A stretch of 64,000 nucleotides of DNA from Anaerolineales bacterium (lineage in GTDB: Bacteria > Chloroflexota > Anaerolineae > Anaerolineales > UBA4823). Under the pieces are notes generated by a model. It ran no database searches. It was given only the letters and a program-made list of their open reading frames with translations, and was not told the DNA's origin. Both the position numbers and the translations under genes were made by a program. The stretch lies in NCBI GenBank assembly GCA_016929095.1, contig JAFGJM010000016.1, positions 32,535-96,534 on the forward strand, given 5' to 3'. This document shows, in pieces, positions 27,009-36,706 of this stretch (positions within the stretch are counted from its first letter, which is position 1; each line of letters begins with the position of its first letter).

Positions 27009-27993
27009 TCGTAAAGGCTTTTGATAAATCGACTGGAGTGGTTATCATCCCAATATCCAGCAGCACGTCCTGCATATTCTCCCAGGCTTCAAGTTTCGAT
27101 TCACCTAATTTATCGGCTTTCCAAAGCTCTATGGTGGAAGTCAATATGGCGTATTGCACTTTTTCGTCTTGTTGAGCCAACCCTTCGACATATTTTTTGC
27201 AGATTTCATACGCTTCATCCGGGTCGGCAATGACATCTGAAATACCGCGCAATATCGCGTTCACCATATTTCGCACCAACTCCGGATTTTCCTCGATAGT
27301 CTTCTCATTCGTTAACAAGCCATTGGATGCCAACTGCACATAATCCATCACCCGGATAATATCCAGTTCATAACCTTTGGCTTCCAATTGAATGGGTTCG
27401 TTATTGATATAAATCACCACAGCTTCATCTTGGTCTGTCGCCAGGGCTTCCACCTGGTTATATCCGATAGCATCCATGCTTATATCGCTCTCCTTTAAGC
27501 CAGCAACACCCAGCAAGGCTCGAAGCCCAATATAATTGGCGCCAAACGGACCAGGGAGTCCAATTTTCTTTCCTTTCAAATCTTTCGGCTCCATAATGCC
27601 GCTGCCTTTCTTGGATGCCACCGCAACGGGGTACTGCTGCCACCAATTAAGGACATTCATCACCGGCAAACCTTGAGAACGCGCTAAAAGCACCTGCTCG
27701 CCTGAGGCAATGGAGAATTGCAAATTTCCAGCGCCAACCAGCGCCACACCATCGGTCTCAAAGCTGTAATCAAACTCCAATTCCACCCCGGCGTCTTTAA
27801 AATATCCCTTTTCTAATGCCACATAAAATGATGCAAATTGGACATTAGGAATATAGCCCATTGGTAGCCGGACATGCGTCAATGGCGCTTCAGTTGGCGA
27901 TGGTTGAGTCGCCTCGGGTGTTGATGTTGTGGTACATGCAACGCTGATTAGCATGATGATTAATAAAATGAGATTAACCCAAAAGTTTTTCAT
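26992..27993 (-). CDS. ribY: NMT1/THI5-like ABC substrate-binding lipoprotein, predicted riboflavin-binding RibY type
   Basis: Lipobox ISVAC and an NMT1/THI5-type periplasmic binding fold (LPMGYIPNVQFASFYVALEKGYFKDAG). Lies downstream of the FMN riboswitch. Confidence 0.65.
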   Translation of the reverse strand: MKNFWVNLILLIIMLISVACTTTSTPEATQPSPTEAPLTHVRLPMGYIPNVQFASFYVALEKGYFKDAGVELEFDYSFETDGVALVGAGNLQFSIASGEQVLLARSQGLPVMNVLNWWQQYPVAVASKKGSGIMEPKDLKGKKIGLPGPFGANYIGLRALLGVAGLKESDISMDAIGYNQVEALATDQDEAVVIYINNEPIQLEAKGYELDIIRVMDYVQLASNGLLTNEKTIEENPELVRNMVNAILRGISDVIADPDEAYEICKKYVEGLAQQDEKVQYAILTSTIELWKADKLGESKLEAWENMQDVLLDIGMITTPVDLSKAFTNEFLP

Positions 27994-28010
27994 TGTGTAA
28001 TGCCTTTCAA

Positions 28011-28838
28011 TTAATGTTCAAGGATCGTGTCATTGGAACTTTGCTGCCAGGAAAGCAAGCGTTTTTCTAATAAAATAACAATGCCATACAATGACATAGC
28101 CATAATAATTAACGTGAATACAGAAACAAAAACCAATGCCGTATCATATTGCCCTCTGCCTAAATTGATCATAAATCCCAGGCCTTTATCCGACCCGACA
28201 AATTCTCCCACCACAGCGCCAATCACCGATAATGTCGCCCCCACCCGTAAGCCGCCCAGGAATACCGGTAAAGCACCCGGAATTTCCAGTTTGAAAATTG
28301 TTTGCCAGCGGGAGGCTTTTAAGGAACGCATCAAGTCCTGCAATTCATTGGGTATGGATCGCAACCCGACAACCGTATTGACCAGAACAGGGAAAAATAC
28401 GATCAAAGAACAAATCAAGATTTTTGATGAAATTCCTGACCCAAACCAGATGATCAGAATTGGAGCAATCGCCACAATTGGTACAGATTGGCTGGCTACG
28501 ATATATGGTGAGACCAGCTTTTCAAAAGTGCGGGATTTCGCCAGCGCATAACCCAAGGCCGTTGCCACACTTACCCCAAAAGCCAAGCCAGCCATGATTT
28601 CTTTTAAAGTAACCAGGCTGTGCCGTATAAGACTTCCATCATTAATTGATACTACAAATCGATTCCAAACATCTAGTGGGGATGGCAAAATGAAAGATGG
28701 GTAATTCCCAAGCCTGCTAATCAACCACCAAAGAAACCCGGTGATTGTCAAAAATATCACTGCCAGGATTACCGTCGGCATATAGGAATTATGCATTTTT
28801 TGAAAGGAGTGCTTCTGTTTGTCGTTGAAATTCATCAT
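28011..28838 (-). CDS. ribX: ABC transporter permease (NitT/TauT, ThiX-like), predicted RibX type
   Basis: Six TM helices and a BPD_transp_1-type EAA loop (MRSLKASRWQTIFKLEIPGALP). First gene after the riboswitch. Confidence 0.7.
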   Translation of the reverse strand: MMNFNDKQKHSFQKMHNSYMPTVILAVIFLTITGFLWWLISRLGNYPSFILPSPLDVWNRFVVSINDGSLIRHSLVTLKEIMAGLAFGVSVATALGYALAKSRTFEKLVSPYIVASQSVPIVAIAPILIIWFGSGISSKILICSLIVFFPVLVNTVVGLRSIPNELQDLMRSLKASRWQTIFKLEIPGALPVFLGGLRVGATLSVIGAVVGEFVGSDKGLGFMINLGRGQYDTALVFVSVFTLIIMAMSLYGIVILLEKRLLSWQQSSNDTILEH

Positions 28839-28851
28839 CCATTCTCATATC

Positions 28852-28879
28852 AAAAAAAACCCCGAATTACCATCCGGGG
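28852..28879 (-). terminator. riboswitch expression-platform terminator
   Basis: On the minus strand, CCCCGGATGGTAATTCGGGG is followed by U8 and ends 13 nt before the ribX-like start. A second hairpin with AUUUUGG lies at 28922-28947. Confidence 0.8.
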
Positions 28880-29010
28880 CATCGCGAATATGAGTCTATA
28901 GATGCTTATTTAACCAAAATCCCGAAAACCGTTTGGCTTTCGGGGCGCATGCTATCTCATAACTTTATCAGGCAATCCATAAGCAATAATCTGCATATGA
29001 ATTCACCTGC

Positions 29011-29148
29011 CTTCTTTCATCCGGACTATACCGTCGGCTCCGGAATTTCACCGGTTCTGCGGTCTGTCATTTTCCGACTGACCACTCGCGGGCTTTACCG
29101 CCGATCGGGAATTGGCGTATCCATCACGCCTCACCCTGCCCCGAAGGT
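29011..29148 (-). promoter_or_regulatory. FMN riboswitch (RFN element) aptamer
   Basis: The minus strand reads CCUUCGGGGCAGGGUGA[GGCGUGAUGGAUACGCC]AAUUCCCGAUCGGCGGUAAAGCCCGCGAG...CCGGUGAAAUUCCGGAGCCGACGGUAUAGUCCGGAUGAAAGAAGG. This is near-identical to the conserved RFN core blocks. P1 is CCUUC/GAAGG. Confidence 0.9.
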
Positions 29149-29223
29149 TATTCTATTCAATTATTGTGATTATACTCTTCCCACTATCAGCCGTCAACAC
29201 TATTACGTATTATGATCATTTAT

Positions 29224-29715
29224 TTACGGAAGTTCACGGGGTTTCCAAATAAATACCAATTCCCCTTGTGTTTCTTCCGTTAACTCCTTCCAGGAATCGA
29301 TGGGTAAATCGACTTGAACCAGGGATGCTGTAGGTAGAGTCTTGACTTGCCGGGTAAGAACCTCCAATAATTCTTCCAGACCTGGATTGTGACCCACCAC
29401 AAGCACACGATCAGGGTCATCGGCTATGAATTGCAATGTCCGAATAAATGCCCCCGGTCCGGTGGCATACAGATCGGTGCTCACGCGAACATTACCCTCA
29501 TAACCACTCTGATCTGCTACGGCTTCGGCAGTCAAGCGAGCGCGTTTTGCACTGGAACTGAGAATTAAATCCGGAACGAGTCCTTCTTCCTTGAGCAGAC
29601 GCCCCATGCGCGGGGCGGCAAGTTTACCCCGTTTATTTAATGGACGTTCGTGATCGGTGATATCATTATCTTTTCTGCTGGATTTAGCATGTCGCATGAT
29701 TAATAACGTTTTCAT
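29224..29715 (-). CDS. histidine phosphatase superfamily protein (SixA-like)
   Basis: LIMRHAKS (RHG-type motif), PLNKRG, and SSAKRARLTAE. Confidence 0.8.
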   Translation of the reverse strand: MKTLLIMRHAKSSRKDNDITDHERPLNKRGKLAAPRMGRLLKEEGLVPDLILSSSAKRARLTAEAVADQSGYEGNVRVSTDLYATGPGAFIRTLQFIADDPDRVLVVGHNPGLEELLEVLTRQVKTLPTASLVQVDLPIDSWKELTEETQGELVFIWKPRELP

Positions 29716-29877
29716 TTGATTATCACTCCGATCAACAATAATAAACCGAACGATTTCATTTTACCAGAAACCCTTATATCTACGCCCTTTGTCGATATGA
29801 TGGATTGTAAAAGTTTTAATAACAATTTGTTAATAACTGGTGTTCTATCTAGTAAAATGATGAACGAACCTGTCCAT

Positions 29878-31284
29878 TCATGGAATCCACTGCGGAGCGT
29901 AGCCGTTGCGCACTAATCGTTGTTGACCCGAGCCATCCAGCTTGGTCAGCCAGATTTCCGGCGGTTCAGTCAATACAGTCTGGTTGAAACGCACATAGGC
30001 TATTTGTTGACTATCGGGCTTCCACGTGAAGGCATAGTGGTTATATTGCGGTTCGTCAGTAAGCGGATAGGCTTCGGCGCCATCCAGCAACAGCAGCCAC
30101 ATCTGCCTACCGGGAGTCCAATGTGGAATATCCAGGTATTTCCGGGCAAAAACCAGGTATTTTCCGTCCGGAGAAAAGGATGGGGCGCTGTCTTCCAAAT
30201 TATCTTTGAGAGTGAGGTCGCTCGGAGAATCGTTTTTCAAGATGTAACGCATGAGATGGCTGGCGGGAATTGGGTTTAATTCGTTCAGCGTGGCGCTGGT
30301 TTTAGGATTGGTAATAAATTCGGGGAATAAAAAGCTCTCACCAGATGCATCCCAATCCCCCATCTCTCCTGTTTGGCTGGGAAAGCGATGTATTTCCTCG
30401 CCTTGCGCGGTTTGGATGATAAATAGGGCATATGTATCATCGTAATATGTCAATAAACCGCCGGGAGACCACAGAGGTTGTTGGGTTTGGTTTTGGGGAT
30501 CACTCACCAACCTGGGTGAAAGTCTAATTCCATTGCCGTGATCATTCGAGAACAAACCTATAGGGAGCGAGGCAATCCATACTTGAGTCTTCTCATCCTG
30601 AGCTAAAGGTGTCCGCTCATACGCCAGGAAATCGTTGTTGGGGGAAACATGAGGCACCCGGCATAAGGCATCAGGACACTCTAGAAGCAAAGCCAATTCA
30701 TCGGATACCCGGTCCAGGTAATAAATAGCACTGCCTTCACTGCCAAGATTTAGGCTAAAAAAAAGAATGGACCCATCAGAACTGACACTGAAATCCAATA
30801 CCTCCCCGGAAACATTTGTTATTTGTTTCTGTTCGCCGGTCAAGGGATTAATGGTATAAATTTGCGCCGGAGCATCGGCGGGGTATAAATAAGCCAGTAA
30901 GGGGTCTTCAACAGTGAACGACCAGCGATTTTCCTGACCTATTTTCAAAGAAAGCCAACCGTTTGACCGGGCGCCTTTAGTTAACTCGACTTCATATGTC
31001 ATGCTGTTCTGCCAGAGTTGGTCGGGAGTAAAGGTGTAAGTGTTCCCCTGCCAGGTACTCATTCCGGGATGCTCGGGGTGAATGCTTAGGTGTGATTCAA
31101 CAGATTCCGGATCCATTGATGTAGAAAAAACCATCCGCAAGGATTCCCCGGTAGATACGGTTTTGGCGTCGGGTTGAGGAAAGACCGATATGAGACGCGG
31201 TGTTTGCAGCCAAAATACTAGCCCGGCAACTATCGCCAATATTGCGATCAATAATATGACTATCCACGTACCCCGCATATTCAC
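29878..31284 (-). CDS. membrane-anchored protein with an SbsA-type Ig-like domain and a TolB-like (PD40) beta-propeller
   Basis: N-terminal TM helix, an Ig-like segment (ISVFPQPDAKTVSTGESLRMVFSTSMDPESV) and repeated PD40-like blades (SPDGKYLVFAR and similar). Confidence 0.6.
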   Translation of the reverse strand: MNMRGTWIVILLIAILAIVAGLVFWLQTPRLISVFPQPDAKTVSTGESLRMVFSTSMDPESVESHLSIHPEHPGMSTWQGNTYTFTPDQLWQNSMTYEVELTKGARSNGWLSLKIGQENRWSFTVEDPLLAYLYPADAPAQIYTINPLTGEQKQITNVSGEVLDFSVSSDGSILFFSLNLGSEGSAIYYLDRVSDELALLLECPDALCRVPHVSPNNDFLAYERTPLAQDEKTQVWIASLPIGLFSNDHGNGIRLSPRLVSDPQNQTQQPLWSPGGLLTYYDDTYALFIIQTAQGEEIHRFPSQTGEMGDWDASGESFLFPEFITNPKTSATLNELNPIPASHLMRYILKNDSPSDLTLKDNLEDSAPSFSPDGKYLVFARKYLDIPHWTPGRQMWLLLLDGAEAYPLTDEPQYNHYAFTWKPDSQQIAYVRFNQTVLTEPPEIWLTKLDGSGQQRLVRNGYAPQWIP

Positions 31285-31297
31285 AAAACAATTATAA

Positions 31298-31448
31298 TTG
31301 ATGCCGGACTCCTGATATGAAGATAAAAAGATTGATGAGGAAACCAGGAATAATGGAATCCAGGAGAAAATTTATAAGGAAGGCAGGAAAGCAGGAAGGT
31401 TATTTTCTGCCATCAAAAATGCGGACGTTCTTTGTTCGGCATAGCGAC
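31298..31448 (-). repeat. dispersed intergenic repeat family 2, copy B (most compact, with 10-11-nt inverted termini)
   Basis: The left end GATGCCGGAC matches the reverse complement of the right end, (T)ATGCCGAAC. The interior carries GAGGAAACCAGGAATAATGGAATCCAGGAG...GGCAGGAAAGCAGGAAGG...AAAATGCGGACGTTCTTTGTTCGGCAT. Confidence 0.75.
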
Positions 31449-31478
31449 TTACATGAAATTCGAGATGGAATGTAACTT

Positions 31479-32486
31479 ATGAAACGATGGCAATTCTGGC
31501 TGGGGGTATTGATCAGCTTGATATTTATGTACTTTGCATTACGCGGTCTCCGGCTGGAAGATTTGGGGGAGGCGCTTAAAAACGCCAACTATTGGTGGTT
31601 ACTACCCGGAATAGGCGTATATTTCCTGGCGGTATGGGGACGTGCCTGGCGTTGGCATTACCTGCTGCGCCCGGTGAAGAAAGTTCCCACCAAGACCATG
31701 TTTCCCTTTGTCGCCATTGGCTATATGGGCAACAACATCTATCCCGCCAGAGCCGGCGAAGTGCTGCGCGCGATTGTACTCAAGAAACATGAAGGGATCC
31801 CAATATCTGCTTCACTGGCGACCATCATTGTCGAACGCGTTTTCGATGGTGTGGTCATGCTGGCGTTTGTGTTCCTGAACCTGCCCGAACTGGCACGCTT
31901 GACCTCTGATTCCGGATTTATCGGCAATATTCAAACCCTGGCATTATGGGGCAGCGCGGCATTCATCGGCGCTTTGTTGATATTTATGCTGGCAGCCATG
32001 TTCCCTCAGGTTACCGAAAAGATTGTGGAGGCTTTATTTCAGCGGGTATTACCCGAGAGCTTACGCGAAAAAGGCATGGGATTAGCTCACCGGTTTTTGG
32101 ATGGCTTAGCAGCTCTGCGCTCGCCGCGTGACGCCTGGATGGTTTTTGTAACTTCGGTGGTGATCTGGCTGCTGGAAACCGGGAAATACTGGTTTGTAAT
32201 GCACGCCTTTCCCTTCCAGGTAAGCTTTTTTGCGTTAATGTTGATGAACGGAATAGTCAACCTGGCGACAACCATCCCATCTGCACCAGGCTATGTAGGG
32301 ACGTTTGATGCGCCAGGTATTGCTTTATTGACCGCCTATGGCGTGGACAAGGCGCTGGCTGCGGGATACACACTGGTATTGCATGTCGCTTTATGGGTGC
32401 CCATTACCGTATTGGGAGCATATTATATGGCGCGAGAAGGGCTGCGCTGGGATAGCAGCATGAAAAACCTGGAGGCAGAAAGTTAA
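31479..32486 (+). CDS. UPF0104 / lysylphosphatidylglycerol-synthase TM-region (flippase-like) family membrane protein
   Basis: 335 aa with about 8 TM helices. N-terminal pattern WQFWLGVLISLIFMYFALRGL...WWLLPGIGVYFLAVWGRAWRW. Confidence 0.7.
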   Translation: MKRWQFWLGVLISLIFMYFALRGLRLEDLGEALKNANYWWLLPGIGVYFLAVWGRAWRWHYLLRPVKKVPTKTMFPFVAIGYMGNNIYPARAGEVLRAIVLKKHEGIPISASLATIIVERVFDGVVMLAFVFLNLPELARLTSDSGFIGNIQTLALWGSAAFIGALLIFMLAAMFPQVTEKIVEALFQRVLPESLREKGMGLAHRFLDGLAALRSPRDAWMVFVTSVVIWLLETGKYWFVMHAFPFQVSFFALMLMNGIVNLATTIPSAPGYVGTFDAPGIALLTAYGVDKALAAGYTLVLHVALWVPITVLGAYYMAREGLRWDSSMKNLEAES

Positions 32487-32490
32487 ACCT

Positions 32491-33789
32491 ATGAACATTG
32501 CAGTATTAGGTGCGGGCATCGGAGGCATGGCAGCAGCATACGATCTCATTAAAGCCGGGCATCAGGTGACGATTTATGAAGCCGAAGATTATGTGGGCGG
32601 GCTGGCGGCTGGCTTTAAAGAACCTCATTGGGACTGGTCTTTGGAGCGGTACTATCATCATTGGTTCGCCAGCGACCGGCACATGCTGGGTTTGATCCGG
32701 GAATTGGGCTGGCAGGATAAAGTGATATTCCCGCGTCCGTATACGGTTATGTATCACAACGGCAGGTTTTACCCGCTTGATTCGGTAATGAAAGCGATAC
32801 TGTTTCCGGGGTTGGGATTTGGCGTTCGTAAAGCCCGTTTCGGATTGGTCACCCTTTACCTGCGCCTGTCGAATAATTGGAAGGCTTTGGAACAATACAC
32901 GGTCGATCAGTGGATGCGTAAATGGGGCGGTGATCAGAATTATGAAATGATGTGGAAACCTCTGGTAGTTGGAAAATTTGGTGAAAAGTACGCCAAAGAG
33001 GTAAACATGGCGTGGATGTGGGCGCGTTTAAAAGCGCGCACCACCCGCCTGGGTACATTTCAGGGGGGCTTCCAGGCTTTTGCCGACCGGTTCGCCGATA
33101 AATTGAAATCGATGGGCGTGACAATAAACCTTTCGACGCCAGTATCTTCCCTCATCCCTTTCAGCGAAGGGGGCATCTCCTTAGCTTCGGGGCAAGGGGC
33201 GCAACGCTTTGACCAGGCATTAGTCACCTCATCACCAGCGATATTAGCCCGCCTGGCGCCGCAATTGCCGACTCAGTATTTACAAGGTTTGTTGGAACTC
33301 AAAAGCATGGGGGCAGTCGTCATGGTAGCAGCATTAAGCCGCCAGCTTTCAAGGGAAGGCTATTATTGGTATAACCTGCCCAAATCAGCCGGCTTCCCGT
33401 TTTTAGCTTTAGTGGAACATACCAATTATTTACCACCCGAACATTACGGCGGCGACCATTTGATTTATATGGGAGATTACCTGAACACTGATCACGAGTA
33501 TTTCGAATTGCCACAGGATGAATTATTAAAGCGTTTCATGCCTTCTCTTTCGCGCATCAATCCTGATTTTAACCCGGATTGGGTGCGAAAAAGCTGGTTA
33601 TGGCGCACCCGCTATGCCCAACCAGTGCCTTTTGCTAATCATTCGCAGAATATTCCCTCTATCGATACCCCCATTTCGGGTTTATTCTTTGCCAGTATGA
33701 GTCAGGTCTATCCGTGGGATAGGGGGACTAATTTCGCTGTCGAGATTGGCAGACGAGCCGCCCGGATAATGATGGATTCAAAAAAGTAA
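32491..33789 (+). CDS. FAD/NAD(P)-dependent oxidoreductase (amine oxidase / phytoene desaturase-like fold)
   Basis: Dinucleotide-binding motif MNIAVLGAGIGGMAAAYDL...VTIYEA. Starts 4 nt after the UPF0104 stop. Confidence 0.75.
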   Translation: MNIAVLGAGIGGMAAAYDLIKAGHQVTIYEAEDYVGGLAAGFKEPHWDWSLERYYHHWFASDRHMLGLIRELGWQDKVIFPRPYTVMYHNGRFYPLDSVMKAILFPGLGFGVRKARFGLVTLYLRLSNNWKALEQYTVDQWMRKWGGDQNYEMMWKPLVVGKFGEKYAKEVNMAWMWARLKARTTRLGTFQGGFQAFADRFADKLKSMGVTINLSTPVSSLIPFSEGGISLASGQGAQRFDQALVTSSPAILARLAPQLPTQYLQGLLELKSMGAVVMVAALSRQLSREGYYWYNLPKSAGFPFLALVEHTNYLPPEHYGGDHLIYMGDYLNTDHEYFELPQDELLKRFMPSLSRINPDFNPDWVRKSWLWRTRYAQPVPFANHSQNIPSIDTPISGLFFASMSQVYPWDRGTNFAVEIGRRAARIMMDSKK

Positions 33790-33968
33790 TTCATTTTAAG
33801 GTATTGGGTAATTAGATATTAGTTACTCGGGGAAAATTGAAATTATGGATTAAAATTTTCCGAATTCCCGGTTTCTTGGTGATATGATAAAGCCATGAAT
33901 TAAATGATTTCCCGGCTTATTACTCCGTCCGGAAATATCTCGACGACTCTAAACCTTATACCATTGCC

Positions 33969-35165
33969 ATGGATATATCCGATCTTCTGGCACTCCAAAC
34001 CCCAATGGGGCAAGAAGCTCTGTCTGCAGCCGTCAGTATCGCGCCGCTCGAAAAGGATTTCCTACGCCATTATCAAACACTGGCGCGGCATTTCCCGGAG
34101 AATGTATCGCGGGCTGCCCTGGAAACAGCTATCCTTCGCCAGGAAGGTGCCATAAAATTTCCGTTTGCGGAAAAAATGTTTTTCACCCGCCAGGCATTAG
34201 AGCAAGCTTCGGGATGGGAAGTATCGAATTACCGCGTCGAGCGATATATCGGTTTTGACCGGGTTTTCGATTTAGGCTGCTCGATTGGCGGAGACACACT
34301 GGCATTATGCAAGGTTGCGCCTACCACCGGCATCGACCTGGATGAATTACGCTTGCATATGGCGAAATTAAATTGCGAGAGCCTGGATCTTCAGGATCAG
34401 GTTAATTTTCTTCAGGCAGATTTAAAAGCAGGATTGCCTTTTAAAAAATTTCCCGGAAGAGAAAAATGGGCCTGTTTTTTCGATCCTGCCCGACGGAAAG
34501 CTGAAAGGCGTATTTTTTCGGTCGATGATTATTCCCCTCCGCTCAACATTATTAATGAATGGATCGAGTATATCCCGGCGTTCGGGGTGAAAATCTCACC
34601 CGGAGTCGATATGAGCGAAATTCAGTCATATGACGCCGAAGTAGAGTTCATATCGCTCAGAGGGGAATTGAAAGAGACCGTTTTATGGTTTGGGCTATTT
34701 AAATCAACCCGGCGACGTGCGACTCTTTTACCAGGAAGAGAAATGTTGTGTGAGGAATATTCAACATCATTACCTCTTTCCGAACCTCAGGCTTTTATTT
34801 ATGAGCCCGACCCTGCGGTGTTGAGAGCCGGTTTGGTGGCTACGCTTGGCGCCCGCCTCGATGCCTTTCAACTGGATCCGATGATTGCCTATTTGACCAC
34901 CCCTCATTTGATCGCCACCCCTTTTGCCAGAGCCTGGAAAATAGAAACCTGGTTCCCGTTCGGTTTGAAACGATTGCGCAACTATCTGCGCCAACAAGGC
35001 GTGGGTAAGGTAACGGTAAAAAAACGCGGTTCGCCGCTGGAACCTCAAGCATTGATCCATGACTTGCATCTTCAAGGCGAGCAAGAAAGGGTGGTATTTT
35101 TAACCCAGTTGAATGGAAAACCTGTGTCCATTGTGGCTTATCCCGAAATTTATCGCCCTAATTAA
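33969..35165 (+). CDS. class I SAM-dependent methyltransferase with a THUMP-like C-terminal domain
   Basis: Motif I VFDLGCSIGGDTLAL. The overall layout resembles Methyltransf_15/THUMP-like proteins. Confidence 0.6.
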   Translation: MDISDLLALQTPMGQEALSAAVSIAPLEKDFLRHYQTLARHFPENVSRAALETAILRQEGAIKFPFAEKMFFTRQALEQASGWEVSNYRVERYIGFDRVFDLGCSIGGDTLALCKVAPTTGIDLDELRLHMAKLNCESLDLQDQVNFLQADLKAGLPFKKFPGREKWACFFDPARRKAERRIFSVDDYSPPLNIINEWIEYIPAFGVKISPGVDMSEIQSYDAEVEFISLRGELKETVLWFGLFKSTRRRATLLPGREMLCEEYSTSLPLSEPQAFIYEPDPAVLRAGLVATLGARLDAFQLDPMIAYLTTPHLIATPFARAWKIETWFPFGLKRLRNYLRQQGVGKVTVKKRGSPLEPQALIHDLHLQGEQERVVFLTQLNGKPVSIVAYPEIYRPN

Positions 35166-35167
35166 TA

Positions 35168-36706
35168 TCATCGCTGGATTTTTTTTAAAGCTTTATCCTG
35201 GTAAAGATCGCGGTCGGCTTCTTCCAGCATATTTTCGGGGGTTTGATCGCCCATTAATTGCGCTTCCCCCACACTGACACCTAGCGGTCTATCAGCGATG
35301 GATTGTGATGCCACCGCCATCTGTATCTTATCGCTGACGATTTTGGCGCCTTTCAAATCAGTATCTTTGAGAATGATGGCGAATTCATCGCCGCCGTAGC
35401 GCGCCAGAATATCCGATTGGCGTATATGCGAGGCAAGTATATCGGCAATTGTTTTCAATACATTATCACCAGTAACATGACCGAAAGTATCATTAAACGA
35501 TTTAAACCTATCCACATCGACCAATAAAACCGATAGTTTTCTCTCAAATCGCCTGGCTTCTTCAACTTCCTGGGGGAATACCTCGTTCAGGTATTGTCGA
35601 TTATAGACTTTGGTTAATCCATCGATCGTGGCTTGTTTACGCGTGAATCTGTACAGGCGATAGTTATCCATTAATACAACATGCTGGCGGGAAAATACTA
35701 GTACAAGCAAGACCACCACGCCAACCAGCAATCCGCGAAATTGCGGTTGGCAAATTGCATTGGGATTTATGATGCCGATCATTAATACGGGCACGATCCC
35801 AGCCGCAATATACGGAGGAAGCATACGTTTGAGTACTGGTAAATTTTCAGCGGTAAAAGGCTTGTCCATGTCTTGATTTCTGATTTGTTTTGCCGTAGCG
35901 AAAATCAAGCATAGGACTGAGGCAAGCCAAAAAATATTCAAATTTGATAATGGCGACCGTATCTGATTGTGCTCCATAAAGGAGTAGATTGCGTCAGGTA
36001 TTGATGCAAGTAAAATACTGACCACCAGAAAAACCAGGGAGACACGGTTAATGCCATGAATTTCCCGTTGATTGATCACCACCAAACCAGTAAGCAGTAT
36101 GAGATCACCGGTTGGATAGGCCATGGTGAATATTCTTGCTGGGCCTGTTTCTGTGGCAAGGGTGATGGGCATAAGGATGAAATACCAAAACACCATGCCA
36201 ACAGCAACCATCACTATGGCAACATCCAATAAGAATAATAAATAATCTTTTCTTTTCAATGGAGAAAATGGAAAGTTTAATATACCGGCAAAGAAAAGGG
36301 GATAATAAAGGGATAAAAGTATGTCACTTAGAAATGAGTTGGAAATTGTACCCGGAGTCATAACCATAATAAAACTGATGCCCTCGCCCACTAATTTTGA
36401 TATGACTGCCAGGGTTATGAGTGTCCACCCGCGGCGGATATGTACATTGATTGATTTTTGTAGAGTTAGATATCCACCCAGTAAAGATGCTAAAAATAAA
36501 AGTGCAATGATCGCCCAACTCGATAATGCTAAATCGAAGTGGGGTACCACATGAAAACCGAAAACCCATACCGTATAGGCTAACACGATCAATGTGCTAA
36601 TGCTCAATACAATAACGATGATTTTTGATGGGGAAATCCGATAAATATAATCGTCCAACAATACCTCTAATAAAACGAGTGTATCAATAAAATGGTGATT
36701 TATCAA
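35168..36706 (-). CDS. diguanylate cyclase (GGDEF) with an approximately 10-TM N-terminal sensor domain
   Basis: The C-terminal GGDEF domain contains RYGGDEF. Paralogue of 36875..38371. Confidence 0.85.
   Translation of the reverse strand: MINHHFIDTLVLLEVLLDDYIYRISPSKIIVIVLSISTLIVLAYTVWVFGFHVVPHFDLALSSWAIIALLFLASLLGGYLTLQKSINVHIRRGWTLITLAVISKLVGEGISFIMVMTPGTISNSFLSDILLSLYYPLFFAGILNFPFSPLKRKDYLLFLLDVAIVMVAVGMVFWYFILMPITLATETGPARIFTMAYPTGDLILLTGLVVINQREIHGINRVSLVFLVVSILLASIPDAIYSFMEHNQIRSPLSNLNIFWLASVLCLIFATAKQIRNQDMDKPFTAENLPVLKRMLPPYIAAGIVPVLMIGIINPNAICQPQFRGLLVGVVVLLVLVFSRQHVVLMDNYRLYRFTRKQATIDGLTKVYNRQYLNEVFPQEVEEARRFERKLSVLLVDVDRFKSFNDTFGHVTGDNVLKTIADILASHIRQSDILARYGGDEFAIILKDTDLKGAKIVSDKIQMAVASQSIADRPLGVSVGEAQLMGDQTPENMLEEADRDLYQDKALKKIQR

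Noticed and set aside
29011-29148. First read as a cobalamin riboswitch (GGUGAAAUUCC...GCCGACGGU...AGUCCGGAUG), and as a TPP riboswitch because the downstream transporter is ThiXYZ-like.
   Set aside because: The full sequence contains CUUCGGGGCAGGGUGA, AAUUCCCGAUCGGCGGUA and AGCCCGCGAG as well as the 3' half. Together these are the RFN/FMN core. There is no B12 box (AGYCMGG.GACCKGCC-type), no CCCGCCACUGU, and no CUGAGA or THI-box.
28949-29215. 88-aa plus-strand ORF.
   Set aside because: It lies antisense to the FMN riboswitch and its expression platform, and nothing in its sequence looks like a real coding region.
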